32,000 nt of DNA, taken from positions 1,080,001-1,112,000 of the forward strand of contig NZ_OW441264.1 in assembly GCF_936981045.1 (NCBI RefSeq), given 5' to 3'. Below, piece by piece: positions 26,458-32,000 of this stretch (positions are counted from its first letter, which is position 1; every line of letters starts with the position of its first letter). The position numbers and the translations under genes were made by a program. The notes beneath the pieces are model-generated. The model was not told the DNA's origin. It made no database searches and worked only from the letters and a program-made list of their open reading frames with translations. Source of the DNA: Candidatus Saccharimonadota bacterium. GTDB lineage: Bacteria; Bacteroidota; Bacteroidia; Cytophagales; Amoebophilaceae.

Positions 26458-27906
26458 TTACTCAGCTGCTGCTTTTAACTTTGCTAGAGTTCGAACAGCT
26501 ATTAACCAAAGCACAATCACAGCTATGATCATGAGCACAATTGGCGTACGAATATTTGCAATATTCCCACCACCCACTAAGGTGGCCATACCTGTAACCA
26601 ATACAGATGCTAAACTCTTTCCCAAACGAGAACCTACCCCATCTACAGCTGCTTTTCCACGCACTTTAGTTTCTTCATCTAATGGAATATACACCGCTTC
26701 TTTGGTGGGATCAAAAAGGACATATTTAACCGACTTAATCAACACCACATTGTAGAGACCTACTTGAACAGAGAGATGCAAAGCCGTGAGATTAAAGCTC
26801 TTTAAAAAATTATCCAAAACATCACCAAATCGAAGGAAGGTGAAAAATAAGGCTGTCATCACCAATGCCGTAACGGGTGTGGCAGATGCAGCAAAACGCC
26901 ATCCTCTTTTTCGTATAGGTGTGGCAAGGAAAAGTGTTACTAAAATAGAGATGATCCCTACTGCAACTTGTTGATCTGAGTATATACTTGCCAAAATGGT
27001 ATCATCCCCAGCAACCTTTACATATTGCTTAATTTGCTCTTTTTGTACGGCTTCAAAAAGCGCAATCACTAATCCGTAACCAATTACCAATATGGAAAGC
27101 AACGTCAAATACCTAGAGCGAGCTAGGAACTTTATAGAATCCATAAAAGACATTTTTACCTTTGCTTTTTTAGGCTTTTGTTCAATCTGATAGTAGGCTG
27201 GATTCGCTTTTATATCTGAAGTAAAGTAGTTGTACACTACTAGAATCAAAATAATCGCTGTAATCACAAACTGTAAACCCTGATCGAAGTTGGTACGCAC
27301 ACTATCCAGCTTAAGAATGAGTCCAGCCAAGATGCTGCCAACGGCAGCAAACATACTTAAGAAGCTGTAAAATCTTTTAGCTTGATTTACAGTAGTAATC
27401 TCATTTACAAAGGTCCAAAATACTACACTTAATGCAAAAGTTCCCCAAGCTTCAGCATGGATATAGAAGAGGGAAATAGGCCAATGGCAAATAGCTCCCC
27501 ACAGTCCTATAAGGCTTGGAAATTTTGCTTCAAGCATTTTAGAGAGGCTATTTAGTTGCAATAACTCTTTTTTAGGGAGCAAAAAAACCAATGAAAGGGT
27601 AAAAAAGGCAAGAAAGTAAATCATAACTGCATTGAACCTTCCATCCCTTCCTGTAGCACGACTCACTTTTCCATAAAGAATGGTAAAGAAAATCATACTA
27701 GGCGTGATGGCTACTGCTTTTAACCAGTAAATAGCTGTAACATTTATTTCTTTAATGAGATTCATATCTTTAAGGGAGCGTGTAAGCGCGTAACAGAAAG
27801 ATATAAGAATAAATATAAAGGCCATTGGCAAAAATTTACGTAGCTCACTTTTGTGAATGGGAAATACGATCCCACGTGTGTCACCAAATTCTTTTTTCAT
27901 GCTCAT
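26458..27906 (-). CDS. ATP/ADP translocase-type nucleotide transporter (NTT/Tlc family)
   Basis: 482 aa, about 12 TM segments. The N-terminal FPIHKSELRKFLPMAFIFILISFCYALTRSLKDMNLI is the characteristic NTT start region. Confidence 0.88.
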   Translation of the reverse strand: MSMKKEFGDTRGIVFPIHKSELRKFLPMAFIFILISFCYALTRSLKDMNLIKEINVTAIYWLKAVAITPSMIFFTILYGKVSRATGRDGRFNAVMIYFLAFFTLSLVFLLPKKELLQLNSLSKMLEAKFPSLIGLWGAICHWPISLFYIHAEAWGTFALSVVFWTFVNEITTVNQAKRFYSFLSMFAAVGSILAGLILKLDSVRTNFDQGLQFVITAIILILVVYNYFTSDIKANPAYYQIEQKPKKAKVKMSFMDSIKFLARSRYLTLLSILVIGYGLVIALFEAVQKEQIKQYVKVAGDDTILASIYSDQQVAVGIISILVTLFLATPIRKRGWRFAASATPVTALVMTALFFTFLRFGDVLDNFLKSFNLTALHLSVQVGLYNVVLIKSVKYVLFDPTKEAVYIPLDEETKVRGKAAVDGVGSRLGKSLASVLVTGMATLVGGGNIANIRTPIVLMIIAVIVLWLIAVRTLAKLKAAAE

Positions 27907-28013
27907 TGTGTTTTTAATTTAGTTAAAATATAAAGTATAAAATAAAATGATAGGTCAATCATATACTTTATAGTGTTATGAAATGCTTTTGGAAAATATT
28001 AATCATGCTGTTT

Positions 28014-28655
28014 TCATAGTTGTTCTGAATTTAGGGTTAGGTAGTTGCATACGCCCTCAGGGGTAGCTTCCATAGCCATATCGCCTTTTGCCCAGTTAGC
28101 TGGACAAACCTCTCCAAATTTGACGACATGTTGCCACATATCAATAATGCGTAGTATTTCATTAATATTTCTACCTAATGGCAAATCATTAATGGCCATA
28201 TAACGTATGATACCTTCTTTATCAATTAAAAAAGTTCCACGATACGCTACAGGAATACCCGTGAAAATCAACTGGTTATGTTCATTATAGCTCCAGTTGC
28301 CTCCTAATACACCATAGTTGGAAGCAATGGCCTTACTGGTATCTGCAACCAATGGATAGGTTAGGCCAGCAATGCCCCCTTTTGTTTTGGGTGTATGTAA
28401 CCAAGCCACATGCGTTTCTTCTGTATCGGTAGAGCAACCTACCAGTGCTACGTTGCGTTCTATAAGTTGGGGTAAATGTTGTTGGAAGGACAATAATTCA
28501 GTGGGACAAACAAAAGTGAAATCTTTTGGGTAAAAGAAAAAGAGTACTTCTTTTTTTCCTAAAAACTGCTCCAGTGAAAAGTCAGTTGTGACGTTTCCAC
28601 CATCTACGACAGCAGGCGCCTTAAAAATAGGGGCCTTTGTTCCTAATAAATGCAC
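28014..28655 (-). CDS. Typical 2-Cys peroxiredoxin (AhpC/Tsa family)
   Basis: 213 aa. Peroxidatic Cys in DFTFVCPTE and resolving Cys in EVCPANW. GTG start with an in-frame stop 5 codons upstream. Confidence 0.85.
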   Translation of the reverse strand: MHLLGTKAPIFKAPAVVDGGNVTTDFSLEQFLGKKEVLFFFYPKDFTFVCPTELLSFQQHLPQLIERNVALVGCSTDTEETHVAWLHTPKTKGGIAGLTYPLVADTSKAIASNYGVLGGNWSYNEHNQLIFTGIPVAYRGTFLIDKEGIIRYMAINDLPLGRNINEILRIIDMWQHVVKFGEVCPANWAKGDMAMEATPEGVCNYLTLNSEQL

Positions 28656-28861
28656 GGTATATACGAATAATTAAAAAATAAAATGCGCCGTCTATGCTTC
28701 TAACCTTATCATTTTTAGAAGCTTAGATGAGGCTAAGCCTTACACTGCAAATTTATACTTTTTTTAATAAATCCTAATAGTACCATACCTTTAAATTAAG
28801 AAATAAAGATTGGTTTACCATATCCTACTCTAGGCATCTAATAGCCATTCCTATCAAAAAG

Positions 28862-29046
28862 ACCCTGCATTGTAGAAAATTGCAACTGGCAGGTCTACGC
28901 TGAAAGCTGAGCAGAAAATCAGTTTAATGGGGCCGCGAGGCGGCTGCTGATTTCCCAGCTTTCAGCGTAAACTTACAACAGCTTTTTGCACAGCGCTTGA
29001 TTTTTTGCTTGTTTTTTGATCCAGCAAAAAGTAGCATAGCACTTCC
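28862..29046. repeat. Nested-palindrome intergenic repeat, copy R3
   Basis: 74-nt hairpin at 28896..28969: a 14-bp perfect base TACGCTGAAAGCTG/CAGCTTTCAGCGTA and an apical GCCGC-GAG-GCGGC. Then the motif AGCGCTTGATTTTTTGC and the hairpin GCTTGTTTTTTGATCCAGCAAAAAGTAGC (29007..29035). Confidence 0.6.
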
Positions 29047-29085
29047 TTTTAATCCGTCAAAAAGTAAGATCAAAACGTCTTATGT

Positions 29086-29430
29086 TTAAAACGGTAAATC
29101 ATCTTCTACATCGGCAGGAGATGGATTGGATGGAGGTGATTCGTTTAATTTATTGCCTTTTTCTAAACGCCATGCTTGCAACGCATTAAAGTATTTTACG
29201 ACTCCTTCTGGATTGGTCCATTTTCTACCCCGTAGATTGAAATGAACGGTTATCTCTTCTTGCTCCATGAATCCATCTAGTAGATCACATTTGTCCTGAA
29301 TCAACTCAAAGGAGATGTATTCTGGATATTGTGGATTCTCTACATATTCTACCACAAAATTTCTTTTTTTAAATGATTCAGACACTTGCTGTGGCGGACT
29401 AATTTCAAATAATCTTCCAGTTATATGCAT
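29086..29430 (-). CDS. DUF3127-family small protein (OB-fold-like), acidic C-terminal tail
   Basis: 114 aa. The pattern ITGRLFEISPPQQVSESFKKRNFVVEYVENPQYPEYISFELIQDKCDLL...VHFNLRGRKW resembles the Bacteroidota DUF3127 family, from memory. Confidence 0.65.
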   Translation of the reverse strand: MHITGRLFEISPPQQVSESFKKRNFVVEYVENPQYPEYISFELIQDKCDLLDGFMEQEEITVHFNLRGRKWTNPEGVVKYFNALQAWRLEKGNKLNESPPSNPSPADVEDDLPF

Positions 29431-29524
29431 GGTATGTATGGGTTTAGTGAAATAAAAATGATACGTCTCTCAAACAGACTGGATGATCCAGATCGCTTCT
29501 TTATGCAGTCTACTAGTGATTATC

Positions 29525-30361
29525 TTAATTATTTTTGGAAAATACAAAAGCAACTAAGAATAATAGCCCTGCTATGGTAACCATTGTAGCCGCCATAGAG
29601 CTATTCAACCAGAAACTGATATAATATCCGCTAATAGACGTTAATATAGCAAAGAGTATATTGTAAAATAACAAACGTTTAAGACATTTTGTAACCAAAT
29701 AGATGCTTGCAGCTGGAACAATTAAAAGGGCCACCACTAAAATCGCTCCTGCTACTTCAAATGCAGAAACGGTTGTCAATGAGGTTATGGCCATTAAGCA
29801 ATAGTGCCAACGGGTCGTGTGCACGCCAATGCTTTGGGCAAATTGTGGATCAAAGGTGCTTACAAATAGCTGTTTATAGCCCATGATCAAAAAGGTTACA
29901 TTGACGCTTAAAGCGGTTAATAAAATGTAAAATGCTTTGGGTCCTAGGTTGATGCCACTAGCTGTACGCCACAAATCTAATGGAACAGTTGCCAATTCCC
30001 CATATAAACTGCATTCGGGGTCTAAGTCTATTTTTCTGCTAAAAAAAGAGATTAAAATGACCCCTAAAGCGAAGAGAAAGGTGAAATTGATCCCTATGGC
30101 CGCATCTGCTTGTATGCTTATTTTTTTTTCTAAAAATGCGATTAGGAAGGTGACCAATAGGCCTGTTATACCCGCTCCAGCGATGAGTACAGGGGAATTT
30201 TTAGATCCAGTGATCAGGAGGGCCAATACAATGCCTGGTAGTGTAGAATGCGCAATGGCATCTCCCATCATGGCTATTTTCCGCAATACCAAATAGGTAC
30301 CTACTAAGGCACAATTTATACTGGCGAGTGCAGCAATAATAATGGTCCAGAGTACATCCAT
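29525..30361 (-). CDS. Metal (Zn/Mn/Fe) ABC transporter permease, ABC-3 family
   Basis: 278 aa, about 8 TM segments. MGDAIAHSTLPGIVLA and FDPQFAQSIGV are ZnuB/MntB/TroCD-type motifs. Confidence 0.85.
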   Translation of the reverse strand: MDVLWTIIIAALASINCALVGTYLVLRKIAMMGDAIAHSTLPGIVLALLITGSKNSPVLIAGAGITGLLVTFLIAFLEKKISIQADAAIGINFTFLFALGVILISFFSRKIDLDPECSLYGELATVPLDLWRTASGINLGPKAFYILLTALSVNVTFLIMGYKQLFVSTFDPQFAQSIGVHTTRWHYCLMAITSLTTVSAFEVAGAILVVALLIVPAASIYLVTKCLKRLLFYNILFAILTSISGYYISFWLNSSMAATMVTIAGLLFLVAFVFSKNN

Positions 30362-30363
30362 AG

Positions 30364-31737
30364 CTAAGATCTTGCGACTAAGGCTGCCCTTAATAGGCCA
30401 CAGAGATCAGACCAACTATAACTATTTTGTGCGCCTGTTTGCATATTTTTTAGTGTGTAATGGTTCATAGCACATTCTGTTGCTCCTAGTATAATCACAA
30501 AAGGGATATTTTTTTTATGGGCATAGCTTAATTGTTTTTTGATTTTTACCTGATCAGGGTATAGTTCTGCCTTAAATCCATCTACACGCAACTGATTTAA
30601 TAGATGAAGCAGTTGCATTTCTACTTTTGCTTCGATGTTGGTTAACAATACCTCTGTTGTGTAGGTGGTAATAGATTCAAAGCGATTTTGCGTCTCCATA
30701 AGGTCGTACAGCCTATCTATCCCAAAAGAAAATCCTACGCCAACCAATCCAGTTGTCCCGAATAGATCTCCAAGATGTTCATACCTGCCCCCTCCACCTA
30801 GGCTTCCTATAGGTGTATGGGCTACGGTTAATTCCATAATGAGCCCGGTGTAATAGGCCAAGCCTCGTGCTAAGGTTGGTTCAATACAACATATGCCATC
30901 TGGTAAACCAAGACCATGGGCTTGTGTGAGTATGCCTGTCAAGGCTTCTATTGCCTTGGATCCTTGATCTGTGTGACCAATAGCTGCTTGTAATTGCATC
31001 AAAAGTTCACTATTGTTCCCTTTAAAGTTTTGCAATAGAGCCAGTGATGCAATGGTTTGGCTGCTAAAGTCTGCTGCTTGTAAGGCAGTCATAACTTTTT
31101 CAAGACCCATTTTCTCTAATTTATCTACAATGGTACAAAATACCTTTTCTTTTTCAGGGTCAGCAATAGCGGATAGTATTCCTCTATGGTTGATTTTGAT
31201 GCAGAAATCTCGTATCTGCAACTCGGTAGATACGTCATAAATTAATTTTAAAATTTCCGCTTCACATAATAAAGCGCTACTTCCAATAATATCCGCATCA
31301 CACTGTAAAAACTCTCTATAGCGACCTCTTTGAGGCCTGTCTGCCCGCCATACGGGTTGCATTTGGTAGCGTCTAAATGGGAAGCATATTTGATGTTGGT
31401 TCGCTACAATATACCGCATTAAGGGCACGGTTAAATCATAGCGCAGCCCTTTGTCACTGATCAGCGGTTTCAGTTTTTTGTAATCTATGGCGTTTATACC
31501 TGACTCCATTCCTTCTAGGAAGTTACCAGATTTAAGTACGTTAAACATCAATTGCTCTCCTTCCTGGCCATATTTTTCTGTAAGGGTAGCACGCTGTTCC
31601 AGTGCAGGGGTCTCCAGTGGCTCAAAACCATAGCGTGCATAGATAGATTGTATAATGGAAAACATATAATTGCGCCGGTAGACCTGCAGGGTGCTGTAGT
31701 CGCGCATACCTTTTACAAGACTGGGTAATAGGGCCAT
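30364..31737 (-). CDS. hisS: Histidine--tRNA ligase
   Basis: 457 aa. GMRDY, class II motif 2 FRRYQMQPVWRADRPQRGRYREFLQCD, and motif 3 GGGGRYEHL. Confidence 0.93.
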   Translation of the reverse strand: MALLPSLVKGMRDYSTLQVYRRNYMFSIIQSIYARYGFEPLETPALEQRATLTEKYGQEGEQLMFNVLKSGNFLEGMESGINAIDYKKLKPLISDKGLRYDLTVPLMRYIVANQHQICFPFRRYQMQPVWRADRPQRGRYREFLQCDADIIGSSALLCEAEILKLIYDVSTELQIRDFCIKINHRGILSAIADPEKEKVFCTIVDKLEKMGLEKVMTALQAADFSSQTIASLALLQNFKGNNSELLMQLQAAIGHTDQGSKAIEALTGILTQAHGLGLPDGICCIEPTLARGLAYYTGLIMELTVAHTPIGSLGGGGRYEHLGDLFGTTGLVGVGFSFGIDRLYDLMETQNRFESITTYTTEVLLTNIEAKVEMQLLHLLNQLRVDGFKAELYPDQVKIKKQLSYAHKKNIPFVIILGATECAMNHYTLKNMQTGAQNSYSWSDLCGLLRAALVARS

Positions 31738-31906
31738 CTACTTTTGCGAATGGGTGAAAGATAGGTTTCCATTTGGACCTACAACAGCTGCTAATTTACA
31801 GGATCATTGGATGATTCACAATAGTTGATCAACCATTGATGGGCGGGCCATTTAAACGAAATACCCCTACAATGATTTTGCCATAACATAAAATTATGAT
31901 AAACTT

Positions 31907-31952
31907 GGTTCTGTCGCGTCTATATTTTCGTTAGTAACGTCTTTTCTTTTAA
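31907..31952 (-). mobile_element. First 46 nt of an IS6-type left end, cut by MITE D
   Basis: GGTTCTGTCGCGTCTATATTTTCGTTAGTAACGTCTTTTCTTTTAA. Its 3' part overlaps the sequence that starts the truncated copy at 2224. Confidence 0.7.
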
Positions 31953-32000
31953 ACGTGAGTTCGGGATTATATTATTTTTTCATTTGATAATCAATATTAA
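31953..32000 (+). mobile_element. MITE D, first 48 nt (continues beyond the window)
   Basis: ACGTGAGTTCGGGATTATATTATTTTTTCATTTGATAATCAATATTAA differs at one position from 16210..16257. Confidence 0.75.

Noticed and set aside
29470-29524. CTGGATGATCCAG palindrome after the permease stop as a terminator
   Set aside because: The 6-bp arms leave a 1-nt loop, so a stable hairpin is doubtful. There is no clear T tract.

Overview
AT-rich bacterial window. It looks like an obligate intracellular Bacteroidota symbiont, possibly Candidatus Amoebophilus asiaticus or a relative. That guess rests on the ATP/ADP translocase, the ankyrin-repeat proteins, Bacteroidota-type housekeeping genes and a very high IS load, and it cannot be verified here.

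Layout:
- 1..7065: an IS graveyard of nested or truncated copies. It holds two IS982-like copies plus one extra end, IS256-like types A and B, an IS6-like copy, an IS5-like copy and one more DDE fragment.
- 7468..14342 (minus strand): dnaB, sufE-sufS-sufD-sufC (no adjacent sufB), frr and a LolA-like gene.
- 15068..15721: an ankyrin gene.
- 16210..17046: two inverted ~240-bp MITEs enclosing a reverse-transcriptase fragment.
- Then a decayed symporter, dprA, a third MITE, a trhO-like gene, an intact IS6-like element, IS remnants, a signal-peptide ankyrin protein and mutS.
- Then tRNA-Gly, tRNA-Leu, a SemiSWEET-like gene, a nucleotide transporter, a peroxiredoxin, a DUF3127 gene, a metal ABC permease and hisS.
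- The window ends with an IS6 end cut by a fourth MITE.

I found no coherent multi-gene defence, secretion or biosynthetic system. The least explained signals are noncoding:
1. A family of nested-palindrome intergenic repeats with compensatory stem changes and a conserved GATC loop.
2. A longer, GC-richer repeat whose three partial copies each abut a different mobile element.
3. The MITE-RT-MITE foldback.

All alignments and counts were done by eye.
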